Shown here: in pieces, positions 9,903 to 18,882 of the stretch
How the letters are laid out: each line of letters opens with the position of its first letter
Position numbering within the stretch: position 1 is the stretch's first letter
Source of the DNA: Chloroflexota bacterium
Lineage (GTDB): Bacteria > Chloroflexota > Anaerolineae > UBA1429
DNA: 64,000 bases
Assembly: GCA_012719135.1 (NCBI GenBank)
Contig: JAAYAW010000003.1
Location: 819-64,818 of the forward strand
Direction: 5' to 3'
Notes under the pieces: model-generated
Told to the model about the DNA's origin: nothing
Database searches by the model: none
The model's input: the letters and a program-made list of their open reading frames with translations, nothing else
Translations under genes and position numbers: made by a program

Positions 9903-10646
9903 ATGACGGACACGGCATCCAGCGCCCCGGGCGGCTTGCCATATCGTGAACAGCTGGAGGGGCACCTTCAGTCGCTCCTCGGTGAGGCGCTGCCGGAGGC
10001 GCTCGAGCGCATCGACCTGGCGGCTCTGAACTTTCTCGTGAGCGGGATGGGCCTTGGGCGCTGCATTCTCGACATCGAGCAGGTGAGCCAGGATCTCGCC
10101 GGGCTTCTCCCGCTGACCGATCCCGAGTCCGTTGAGGACGCGATCGTCGTGCGCGAGTCCACTGTGCGAGCGATGGAGTACATCGGCCAGATCCTCGCAC
10201 TGCTGCGTGATTGGATTCGCTCCCCTGAGATGACCCCTTCGCACACCAACAGCATCATTCGCGAGTTGTTCCATGGCCTCAACAACATCTTTGTGGGCAT
10301 CAACTGCTACGCGGAGCTGCTGTTGATGGAGCTTCGTGAAGGGGACTCGGCCTACTTTGAGCTGCGCACGGTCCTGGAGACGGGCGGCGAGGCGGCGCGC
10401 CTCGTACGGGATCGGGCGACGCTCCAGCGTCTGCTCAACGAGACCGAGGAGGCCACCCCATCGCAGCGCTCGCAGCGCGAGCGCGACGTCCTGGCCATGC
10501 TCATCGATGGGCTCTGCGCCAACGAGAGCGATCCGCTCGTGGGGCCGCGGCGCTACCGCCAGGAAGAGCTCGAGGTCTACGCTGGGAAGCTTCCCCCGGT
10601 GGAGGCGCGCGTACTCCGTGAGGCGGCCAGGCGGATGGCGCTCTAG
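9903..10646 (+). CDS. Hypothetical protein with HisKA/DHp-like helical hairpin(s), no HATPase domain
   Basis: IIRELFHGLNNIFVGINCYAELL resembles the H-box AHDFNNLLTxIxGYAELL; RBS GGAGGA. Confidence 0.65.
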   Translation: MTDTASSAPGGLPYREQLEGHLQSLLGEALPEALERIDLAALNFLVSGMGLGRCILDIEQVSQDLAGLLPLTDPESVEDAIVVRESTVRAMEYIGQILALLRDWIRSPEMTPSHTNSIIRELFHGLNNIFVGINCYAELLLMELREGDSAYFELRTVLETGGEAARLVRDRATLQRLLNETEEATPSQRSQRERDVLAMLIDGLCANESDPLVGPRRYRQEELEVYAGKLPPVEARVLREAARRMAL

Positions 10647-10661
10647 CAGGCGTAGCGGAAG

Positions 10662-11342
10662 CTAGTCCGCCACGGCCAGCAAGTAGCCCACGCCCGACAC
10701 GGTGACGATGAGTTCCGGTTCGCGAGGGTTGCGTTCGATCTTGCTGCGCAGCCGGCTGATGAGCCCGCGCGCCAACTCCACACTGCCCTCTCCCTCGTAT
10801 CCCCACACGCGTTCGATCAGGGTCTCCGTCGGGATCGTTTGTCCGGGGTGCGTCATCAACGTGTAGAGCAAGCGGAACTCGAGCGGCGTGAGCCGCAGAG
10901 GCTCTCTGCCGCTTACGGATATGGTGCGTGTGGCGGGGATCAGGTGGAGATCGCCGGCCTGGAGGCTGGGCAACGGGGTGAGTTCGGTGCCCACGCCCCG
11001 GCGCAGGAGCGCCCGCAACTGCGCGATGAGCAACCGTGCGCTGTAGGGCCGTGTCAGCACCTCGTCGGCGCCAGCATCGTATATGCGGCAGAGCGTATCC
11101 TCATCACGGCTGGGGGAGATGACCGCCAACGGCGCGCTGGAGATGAGCCGCAGGCGGCGTGTGGCATCTACCAGCGCCCCCGAGCGGGGCGCCGCCACGA
11201 TCAGGCTGAACTGGCCGCGTTCCAGCGTTCGGAGCGCGAGATCCAGCCGTGGAGTGCTCTGAACCGTGAGCCCTGCCCTTTGCGCTGCGAGGCCCAGGAG
11301 CGCCGTCTCATCGGCTTCTTCGCACAGGATCAGCGCCAGCAT
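10662..11342 (-). CDS. OmpR/PhoB-type response regulator with atypical receiver domain
   Basis: Winged helix LTPLEFRLLYTLM...VWGY...ISRLRSKIE...TVSGVGY; receiver GADEVLTRPY. Confidence 0.88.
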   Translation of the reverse strand: MLALILCEEADETALLGLAAQRAGLTVQSTPRLDLALRTLERGQFSLIVAAPRSGALVDATRRLRLISSAPLAVISPSRDEDTLCRIYDAGADEVLTRPYSARLLIAQLRALLRRGVGTELTPLPSLQAGDLHLIPATRTISVSGREPLRLTPLEFRLLYTLMTHPGQTIPTETLIERVWGYEGEGSVELARGLISRLRSKIERNPREPELIVTVSGVGYLLAVAD

Positions 11343-11486
11343 GCTTCATCCTCCCTCACCCGCGTGGCTTGGTCTGTGGCGAGTATAGCGGATGCGGGGC
11401 TCCGGGCAAGCAAAAGGGGCGAGGCCCGATGCTCGAGCCTCGCCCCGACTGACGCAGACAGGACTTGCCGTCAACCTACTGACGCA

Positions 11487-11696
11487 CTACAGATCGTCGT
11501 CCCACTCCTCGTCACTCTCGTCGTCGAACTCGTCCTCGCTCTCGTCCTCCTCCCAGGGCCAGTCCAGCTCGAGGGGGTTGACGCTCACGATCTCGAGGTC
11601 GGCTTCGCAGTTGTCGCAGTACACGATGTCGCCGAGCTTGTAGTTGGGCTTTAGGAAGATATTCTGATCACAACCAGGGCATGCAGCATAAGGCAT
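11487..11696 (-). CDS. LysW/ArgW-like zinc-ribbon protein with acidic tail
   Basis: MPYAACPGC...GDIVYCDNCEADLEIVSVNPLELD plus D/E-rich tail; RBS AAAGGAG. Confidence 0.8.
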   Translation of the reverse strand: MPYAACPGCDQNIFLKPNYKLGDIVYCDNCEADLEIVSVNPLELDWPWEEDESEDEFDDESDEEWDDDL

Positions 11697-11962
11697 CGCT
11701 ATCGATCTCCTTTGTTCTGAGGGACCCGGGCAAGCCAAGGGCCCAAAAGTCAACTGCAGTATAGGGTTCCGCCGTGCATAATCAATAGAGTACAGATGCA
11801 AATAAGCATTGTGGAGCGGCATCAGATGTGCAGGGATAGCATGCCAGTGCGTCCGCCAGGAGCTGTGGCGCAACGGGGTAGGCTGGTCTCCTCGGATGAC
11901 GCTTCTGGCCCGCTCGGGTACACTTGCGGGGGCTCGTATATGGCGTGCGTACAGGGGGTGGT

Positions 11963-12844
11963 GTGGATAGAGCGATCACGGATCTGAACGAACTCACTGC
12001 GGAAGCCGAGCGGCTGAGCGAGGACGCGTTCGCGCGGCGGGTGGCCCTGCTGGAGGCCGCGGAGGATATCTGCGAGGTCCTCCGCCATGCGGGGTACGGT
12101 AGCCGTCCGGCTCTGAGACGGGCCCAGCGACTTGTAGGCGAACTGGAGGCCTCGAATGCGGCCTACTGTGCGCGCCTGCGCCAAGGGCTGCTCCGAGGCT
12201 CGCTCACGCCAGCCGAGCTGAGGTCCGAACTGGACCGGCTGACGGCCTATACCCCTGAGCGGAGGGCGTTGCACATCGAGCAGGAACCGGCGGACCGGCT
12301 GGTCGATGGGATCATGCGTCTGGAGCGATTCCGGGGCTCTCCCACCATCGAGGACCGCGACTTTGTCCACTTGGAGGATTCCCCCGTACGGGTTTTGCTG
12401 GATCTCATCGATCATGTGTCTCTGGCGGCGTCTGATTGTTTCTTCGATCTCGGGTCCGGCCTGGGGCGGGCGGCCCTCTTGGTGCACTGGCTTAGCGGCG
12501 TGCGGGCCCGCGGCGTCGAGGTCCAGCCCGAGTATCACGCCTTTGCCGATTCCCTGGCCGGCGAGTTCCGTCTTGAGCGGGTGCGGTTCGAGCGCGCCGA
12601 TGTCCGCGATGCGGATCTCAGCGAGGGCACGGTCTTTTACCTGTTCACGCCGTTCAAAGGGAGGATTCTGGATGCGCTCTGGGCAAAGCTGCAGCAGGAG
12701 GCCCGCTCCCGAGCGATCCGCGTCTGTACCTACGGGGCCATCAGCCTCGCCGCGGCTCGGCTGGGCTGGCTGCATGCCGCGGACGGCGACTCCCCCCACG
12801 AGTTCTCCCTCGCTGTGTGGCAGGCCGGGCCAGCCGCACGCTGA
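11963..12844 (+). CDS. Class I SAM-dependent methyltransferase (DOT1-like)
   Basis: FFDLGSGLGR, RGVE, FERAD, GTVFYLFTPF; start uncertain. Confidence 0.75.
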   Translation: MDRAITDLNELTAEAERLSEDAFARRVALLEAAEDICEVLRHAGYGSRPALRRAQRLVGELEASNAAYCARLRQGLLRGSLTPAELRSELDRLTAYTPERRALHIEQEPADRLVDGIMRLERFRGSPTIEDRDFVHLEDSPVRVLLDLIDHVSLAASDCFFDLGSGLGRAALLVHWLSGVRARGVEVQPEYHAFADSLAGEFRLERVRFERADVRDADLSEGTVFYLFTPFKGRILDALWAKLQQEARSRAIRVCTYGAISLAAARLGWLHAADGDSPHEFSLAVWQAGPAAR

Positions 12845-13009
12845 TCGCCAGAGCGGCCCCTACTGGGCGGCGACATCCTTGACGCCCGGCAGCCCCAGCG
12901 CTACATTGGCGCCGCCGGTGTGGAGGGCAACGTAGCGATGCATCAACCGCCTCGAGCGGTCGGTGGCGGGGTTAGCGGCCGGGTCACGAGCCCGGTGAAG
13001 GAGGATCTG

Positions 13010-13972
13010 TTGAGAACACAAGGCATCTACTATGTCGCGCCGAACAGAGTTGAACTGCGCGAGTTTGAGCTGGGCGATCCGGACTTTAGCGAGGTGCAGA
13101 TTGAGCTCAAGGCCACGGCGCTCTGCGCCTGGGATCAGGCGCTGTACAAAGGGATCCTGCCGGCGGGGACAACCTATCCCTTCCTGCACGGCCATGAAGG
13201 TGCGGGTATCGTGCGCAAGGTAGGCGCGCGGGTCAAGGGGTTCGTCGAAGGCGACTTGGTCACCGCTATGGGGGATAACGCGGCGCTCTGGGGGCACTAT
13301 GCGAATGTGCCGCAGACGGCTCTCGCCAAACTGCGGCCCGATGTGACCGATTTCGAACACTGGCAGGCGGAGCCCGTTTCGTGCGCCATGAACGGCATCG
13401 AGTGGTGCGGCGTCGTACCCGGGGATCGCGTGGCAGTGATCGGCACGGGCTTTATGGGCCTGCTGCTGGTTCAGGGTCTGGTCCATACCGCTGCTGCCGA
13501 GGTTGTGGCGATCGAGATCAACCCGGTCCGGCTGGAGCTGGCGAAGCGGTTCGGCGCCACGCAGACGATCAACCCCCACACCGCAGAGGGCACAGAGGCG
13601 CTCGAGGCGCTGGCGGCACGCCCTTATGACATCGTTGTCGAGGCCGCGGGCACGCAGGAGGCCCTTGACTACCACTATTCCCTGTTGCGCAAGCAGGGCA
13701 GGCTCTGCATCTTTTCGTGGCACAAGGATGGCCCGCGCAGCGTGGACCTCGGGGCCTGGCACATGTCCGGCTATGAGGTCGGCAACGCTTCGCCAAGCAT
13801 CTCGCCCAACTTCTCGCGGATCTTTGCTCGGGCGGTTCCCCTCATGGAGAAGGGCGTCTTTGACCTCAAGCCTCTGGTAACTCACGTCATGTCCCCGGAG
13901 CAGGCGCCCGAGCTGTTCGAGATCGCGGCACACCAGAGCGATGGCTATATCAAGGGCGTGATCCGCTGGTAG
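13010..13972 (+). CDS. Zinc-binding (MDR) dehydrogenase
   Basis: ALCAWD, GHEGAG, GTGFMG Rossmann motif; TTG start after GAAGGAGGA. Confidence 0.85.
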   Translation: MRTQGIYYVAPNRVELREFELGDPDFSEVQIELKATALCAWDQALYKGILPAGTTYPFLHGHEGAGIVRKVGARVKGFVEGDLVTAMGDNAALWGHYANVPQTALAKLRPDVTDFEHWQAEPVSCAMNGIEWCGVVPGDRVAVIGTGFMGLLLVQGLVHTAAAEVVAIEINPVRLELAKRFGATQTINPHTAEGTEALEALAARPYDIVVEAAGTQEALDYHYSLLRKQGRLCIFSWHKDGPRSVDLGAWHMSGYEVGNASPSISPNFSRIFARAVPLMEKGVFDLKPLVTHVMSPEQAPELFEIAAHQSDGYIKGVIRW

Positions 13973-14010
13973 CGGTTCTGAACGCAGCCTGCAATAGGAA
14001 GGGCACCGCC

Positions 14011-15204
14011 ATGACACAAACAGGAGGGGAGCCTGTCTCCCCGGAAATCCATGCCGACGGATGCGTCACCTTTCGTCTGTGGGCGCCCGATGCGCCTGCA
14101 GTGAGCGTACGCAATACGACGGGCGGCTACGCCGATTGGCCGGGCGGAAACGAGGTGCCACTACCCCGCGATGGAGACGGCCTGTGGCAGGCCACGATCG
14201 GGCCACTTCCGCCCGAGTACTATACCTACGTGTTCGAGATCGGTGGTGTTCCGTCGCTGGATCCAGGGAACACCCTCTACATGCGTGATGGCGCCCGGTA
14301 CAGCAGCACTCTGCGGGTGCCGGGTTCGCACACCGTGTTGTACGACGTCAACCCGGTTCCTCACGGGACGCTGCACCAGGTCTGGTACGCTTCACCAACG
14401 CTTGGGATGGACCGGCGCATGTACATCTACACGCCGCCCGGGTACGAAAGAGGTACGGAGAGGTACCCGGTGCTCTATCTGTTGCACGGGGGAGGGAACG
14501 ACGAGGACGGATGGACGAGCCTCGGGCGTGCACCGCAGATCCTCGACAATCTGCTCGCTCAGGGCCTGGCGCTGCCGATGATCGTGGTGATGCCGAATGG
14601 CAATGGGCTCCTGCCGGCTTCGCCGGATTACGTGCCACTTCCGGCGGGCTGGCAGCGGCCTTCGCCGGGCACGCATATCCTCCGCTTCCCCGATAGCCTT
14701 GTGCCGGACGTGATCCCCTTCGTGGATGAGCACTACCGTACGCTCACGAGCCGTGAGGATCGCGCGATCGCAGGCCTCTCGATGGGCGGCGCTCAGACCA
14801 TGTATTGCGCCTTTCGTAACCTCGATCATTTCGCCTGGGTGGCCGTCCTTAGCGGAGGATTCCCCCTGCTGCCGGGCGCGGCCGTGGACATCCCGGCGCC
14901 GCCCCAGGCGGAGCGCCTGAGAGGGCCCGATATCACGAGGGTGGTCGATCCCGGCGTGTTTACTCAGCTGATACCCAACCTGGGCCCGGAAGCAAACAGC
15001 CGGCTGCGGCTGTTTGAACTGCAGATAGGCACGGAGGATGGGCTCATCAGCACGCACGAAGTGGTAAAGAGGCTGCTGGACGAGCGCGGCGTCCGGTACA
15101 CGCTGCGCGAGTTGGCGGGCTATGCGCACGAATGGCGTTTCTGGCGCATCGCGCTGGCGAACCTGGCTCAGCGGCTCTTCCAGCCTTCCGCCGGGGCGGC
15201 CTGA
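14011..15204 (+). CDS. Esterase (CBM48-like N-terminus plus alpha/beta hydrolase)
   Basis: VTFRLWAP, YTPPGY, YPVLYLLHGGG, AGLSMGG, HEW. Confidence 0.88.
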   Translation: MTQTGGEPVSPEIHADGCVTFRLWAPDAPAVSVRNTTGGYADWPGGNEVPLPRDGDGLWQATIGPLPPEYYTYVFEIGGVPSLDPGNTLYMRDGARYSSTLRVPGSHTVLYDVNPVPHGTLHQVWYASPTLGMDRRMYIYTPPGYERGTERYPVLYLLHGGGNDEDGWTSLGRAPQILDNLLAQGLALPMIVVMPNGNGLLPASPDYVPLPAGWQRPSPGTHILRFPDSLVPDVIPFVDEHYRTLTSREDRAIAGLSMGGAQTMYCAFRNLDHFAWVAVLSGGFPLLPGAAVDIPAPPQAERLRGPDITRVVDPGVFTQLIPNLGPEANSRLRLFELQIGTEDGLISTHEVVKRLLDERGVRYTLRELAGYAHEWRFWRIALANLAQRLFQPSAGAA

Positions 15205-15267
15205 CGGCCGGCGGGCGAACGAACGGGGCTCAGCCTGGTGCGCCACGCTGAGCCCCGTCTCGATCTC

Positions 15268-16584
15268 TTAGCCCTGACGCTCGATCGGGATGTAGACGTA
15301 CATCTCGGACGAAGGCTCTCCGTCATCAAAGCTCGCCGGGTACAGCTCAAGGTCGGGCCCGGAGGCTCGCCTGTAGCCGCTCGTGGGCAGCCAGATCTGG
15401 TGGGCTCGATGGTAGGTCTCGTGGATGGTGGAAAGCAGGCACGGGAAGACGGCATAGATGCGTGCCGGCACGGTCCAGCGGTTCATGCCCTCGGGGATCG
15501 CGACGGTGGGCTCTGTTGCGACACCCGCCAGGTACTCAAAGATCCCGTCGGACTCCCCCTCTGCACAGACGCCGTAGGCCGAGGCTTCGCACGCGCGAAT
15601 CGCCTCCAGTTCCGGCCAGCGCGGCTCCATCGCATTCCACATGGCGGGTATCTCGCCGTGCTCGTTCCGGCCGCGGTAGACTTGCCCCATAACCGTGAAC
15701 GTCGGTAGCGTCTTGATCTCTGGGTTCATCAGCTTTTCCTTTTCAAGAGGTGAGAGCAGATCGATCTGGTTCACCACAGGCAGTCGCACCTCGGTTAGCC
15801 AGGCTTCTGGGTCGAGCCCCTCCCGGGGCCCGTGGATGTACAGCTCCATGCTCGGCCCGGAGGCCCGGTAGCCGCCTTCGGCGGACCAACGCAGCAGGGC
15901 GGCGTAGGTCTCGGCGATCCCCTCCGGATCTCCCGGATAGAGAGCGGTGGCTGCCTCGGGCGCGGACTTCCAGGAGGTCAGTACGAGTCCCTCGGGCACC
16001 GGGCGTTGGTGCTTGCCTGCCTCGACGGGCACGCCCACCTCGACTCGCATGCCAGATCCCTCTGCGTCGGGTAGATAGCAGGCCATGGGTGGGGCGGAAG
16101 CATCAGTCCCAAAGCCGGGCAGGATCCGCCCGAGGCGCTCCAGCAACTCCCGCGTGTGACCGTAGCCGGGAATGCGGGCACGCAGCGCATGGATCTGCCG
16201 GGCTCCGATGGTCTTGAGCACCACCGGGTACTCGCTCTCGCGCCCTTCACGATCGATTCGGCGCAGCCGTGCTTCCACCCGAAGCAGCCGCGCCCGCTCC
16301 GCGCTCAAGGTTCGCTCGAGCTCGGCCCGGCGCAGCCGCAACATGCCGTGCAACTCGCCGGCTGACACCGGTTGATCCAGCAACCCGCGGATCTGTTCCA
16401 GAGTGAACCCGAGATCCTTGAGCGCCAGGATGCGGTTCAATCGCGCCAGTTGGTCCGGAGCATAGTAGCGGTAGCCAGTGTACCGATCGATCCATTCGGG
16501 CACGAGCAGCCCCAGGTCGCCATAGTAGCGCAGCGTCTTGACCGATACCTGCGCCAGACGGCTGAGATCTCCGATCTTGAGCAC
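15268..16584 (-). CDS. MerR-family regulator (BmrR-like) with two GyrI-like effector domains
   Basis: LKIGDLSRLAQVSVKTLRYY...TGYRYY HTH; two GyrI-like domains. Confidence 0.9.
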   Translation of the reverse strand: MLKIGDLSRLAQVSVKTLRYYGDLGLLVPEWIDRYTGYRYYAPDQLARLNRILALKDLGFTLEQIRGLLDQPVSAGELHGMLRLRRAELERTLSAERARLLRVEARLRRIDREGRESEYPVVLKTIGARQIHALRARIPGYGHTRELLERLGRILPGFGTDASAPPMACYLPDAEGSGMRVEVGVPVEAGKHQRPVPEGLVLTSWKSAPEAATALYPGDPEGIAETYAALLRWSAEGGYRASGPSMELYIHGPREGLDPEAWLTEVRLPVVNQIDLLSPLEKEKLMNPEIKTLPTFTVMGQVYRGRNEHGEIPAMWNAMEPRWPELEAIRACEASAYGVCAEGESDGIFEYLAGVATEPTVAIPEGMNRWTVPARIYAVFPCLLSTIHETYHRAHQIWLPTSGYRRASGPDLELYPASFDDGEPSSEMYVYIPIERQG

Positions 16585-16631
16585 GGCCCCTCCCAGTGCA
16601 TGCTGTGTCTGCTGGCCAGCAGTACACGATC

Positions 16632-16662
16632 AGTCTACACCCTCCGCCAAGGGGAGAGTCAA
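16632..16662 (-). promoter_or_regulatory. MerR-type promoter/operator with 19-bp spacer
   Basis: TTGACT-ctccccttggcggagggtg(19)-TAGACT with CTCC/GGAG dyad, directly upstream of the MerR gene. Confidence 0.8.
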
Positions 16663-16737
16663 GGGGTATTCGTGCGGGTTTCGCACATTTGATGAGGGAT
16701 GTATCGGCCCGGGGTGCTTGCCGCAGAGTTGGCGAGA

Positions 16738-17574
16738 CTAGTCGATGCGCTCGACCAGAAAGAAAGCGCAACAGCAGTCAAAGGGAAGTTCGTCCACTGC
16801 CCGCCGGTAGATGTCAGACTGCCAATCCTGCCGCACGGAACGTCCACTGAGGTGCAGTGCATCGCCCTGTCTCGCCAGGGTTGCTCCGCTGGCATCCTGC
16901 ACGCTCAGCGATCCGCCGGCGGCGACGATACGCCATCCCTGTGGCCAGAGGAGCGTCACGGGCCCGGGGCTGAGGCCCGTCTGCAACCTGATGCAGCGCT
17001 CGTTGTCATAGTGCACCAGGGTGCCCTGGATCTGTGTGGCCTCGCCGAGGCGGCTGACGAAGGCCGGCTGGTAATAGAGCGCCAAAGCCGGGTGGTACCC
17101 CGGCGATAGAATCGTGTAGCTGAAGAGCGGTGAGCTTTCGGGAAAGTTCGGCGCGAACCCCTCGCCTACGACAAAGTAGTCGCCTCGACATGCTTCGGGT
17201 ATTTGCGACTCGGTCTCTGGATCGATCGCGCTCAGATAGCCCCCGCCCATGCGCACTTCCTCGCCGAGCCGAACGCGTGTGCCCTGGCCGTCTGACACGG
17301 AGATCTCGCCATCCTGCGCCTCCAGGGAGAACTCGGCGGGCCAGACGGGCAACACGCGTCCCGCACCCACCAGTCCCTCGACCCAAAGGCACCCCTCGCC
17401 CTCGACGAGGGTGCCCGTGAGGGCGGCCGTCATGCTCGAAGACTCGCCGGAGAGCGCCTCCTGCCGCGGGAAGGCGACGCTCGTCTCAACGGACGGCGGC
17501 GCGAGCGCCCGCGGCTCCCGGCACGCCGAGAGCGTCAGCGCCAACAGGATCATCAAGAGTGCTCTGCGGGACAT
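16738..17574 (-). CDS. Lipoprotein with two internal repeats
   Basis: Lipobox LSAC; repeated GTLV...C(L/I)...WP...V.D..G unit. Confidence 0.75.
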   Translation of the reverse strand: MSRRALLMILLALTLSACREPRALAPPSVETSVAFPRQEALSGESSSMTAALTGTLVEGEGCLWVEGLVGAGRVLPVWPAEFSLEAQDGEISVSDGQGTRVRLGEEVRMGGGYLSAIDPETESQIPEACRGDYFVVGEGFAPNFPESSPLFSYTILSPGYHPALALYYQPAFVSRLGEATQIQGTLVHYDNERCIRLQTGLSPGPVTLLWPQGWRIVAAGGSLSVQDASGATLARQGDALHLSGRSVRQDWQSDIYRRAVDELPFDCCCAFFLVERID

Positions 17575-17685
17575 GCGGCCCCTGCCTTTCGGTCGATAGG
17601 CTCCTGTGTCGTCGCGAGTGGGACGGTCGAACGGGCAGCCAGGCCGCATCGATCGCACAGGCCAGGCTTCCCCGGAGGGCCGTCC

Positions 17686-18699
17686 TCACATGTTGATAAT
17701 GACCTTCATGCCGGACCGGCTTACCACGGTCTCAAAGGCCGCGCTGATCTCCTCCAGAGGGAAGCGGTGGCTGATGAGCGGGAGCACGTGCACCTGCTCG
17801 CGGGCGATCAGGTCCAGGGCCGTGCGAAAGCCCGACGGCGTGAGATGATAGCTCCCCGTGATCCAGAGCTGCCGGTAGTGGATGGTGTTCGGGTCCAGAG
17901 CGATGGTGGTGCTGGGGTAGGTCCCCGCAAAGTAGTTGACGCAGCCGCCCGGCGCAGCAAGCTCCAGTGCCTGCATCTCCGCGGTGGGGGAGCCCACGGC
18001 GACGATGACCGCCTCGGCTCCCAGGCCCCCGGTCAGCGCCTGGACCTGCGCGACCAGGTCCGGGTCGCGGCCGTTAAGCGCGGCAAAAGCGCCCAGCTCA
18101 CGGGCCAGCGCCAGGCGCTCCTCCAGCATGTCCACCGCGATCACGCGCGCTCCGCGCAGGCGCATCAGCTGAGCCAGAAGTTGCCCGATGGGCCCCGCCC
18201 CCATGATCACGGCGGTATCGCCGAGCCGGATCGGGGTGCGCTCGGCTCCGTTGATGCAGCAGGCCAGCGGCTCGGTGAACGCAGCGGCCTCGTAGCTCAC
18301 CCCCTCGGGGATAGGCTCCAGCGCGATGGGCACGGCCCTGCCGACAGTCTGGAAGCCTCCCTCGATGGCCGGAAGGCGATTCAGGCAAAGGTTGAACAAT
18401 CCGCGCTGGCAGTTGCGGCACATCCCGCACACGCGCTGCACAAAGGCGGCCACCCGATCCCCGGGCCGCACGCCGCCGACGTTCTCGCCGACTTCCAGCA
18501 CTTGACCAACCCACTCATGCCCCACGGTGCGAGGGTACTCGGTGTTCGCTCGATCGCCGGTGTACATTCGGACGTCACTGGGGCAAACGCCGCAGCTGCG
18601 GATGGCGATCCGAACTTCATCTGGCCCGTATTCGGGGGCCATCACGTCCTCCACGCGAAAGGCGTGCGGGCCCATCAGCAGGGCGCGCCTCATCTCCAT
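17686..18699 (-). CDS. Zinc-dependent alcohol/polyol dehydrogenase
   Basis: CGVCPSD, GHE, CGMCRNC...C structural Zn site, GAGPIG. Confidence 0.9.
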   Translation of the reverse strand: MEMRRALLMGPHAFRVEDVMAPEYGPDEVRIAIRSCGVCPSDVRMYTGDRANTEYPRTVGHEWVGQVLEVGENVGGVRPGDRVAAFVQRVCGMCRNCQRGLFNLCLNRLPAIEGGFQTVGRAVPIALEPIPEGVSYEAAAFTEPLACCINGAERTPIRLGDTAVIMGAGPIGQLLAQLMRLRGARVIAVDMLEERLALARELGAFAALNGRDPDLVAQVQALTGGLGAEAVIVAVGSPTAEMQALELAAPGGCVNYFAGTYPSTTIALDPNTIHYRQLWITGSYHLTPSGFRTALDLIAREQVHVLPLISHRFPLEEISAAFETVVSRSGMKVIINM

Positions 18700-18882
18700 C
18701 CGGGTTCCTCCCCTTCCAGCTCCCGGGTGTGACTGTACCGGGCGTCATTCTCCCACGGGTCACGTTTCGGGGCAAACTGTCCCGGGGCTTGACACCGGCC
18801 ATACGTTGGCTAGCATTCGGTGCGGCAGCGTCATGATCCGGCCCTGGCGTCAGTGCGCCGCCGGCGCACCTGGAGGGACAAG

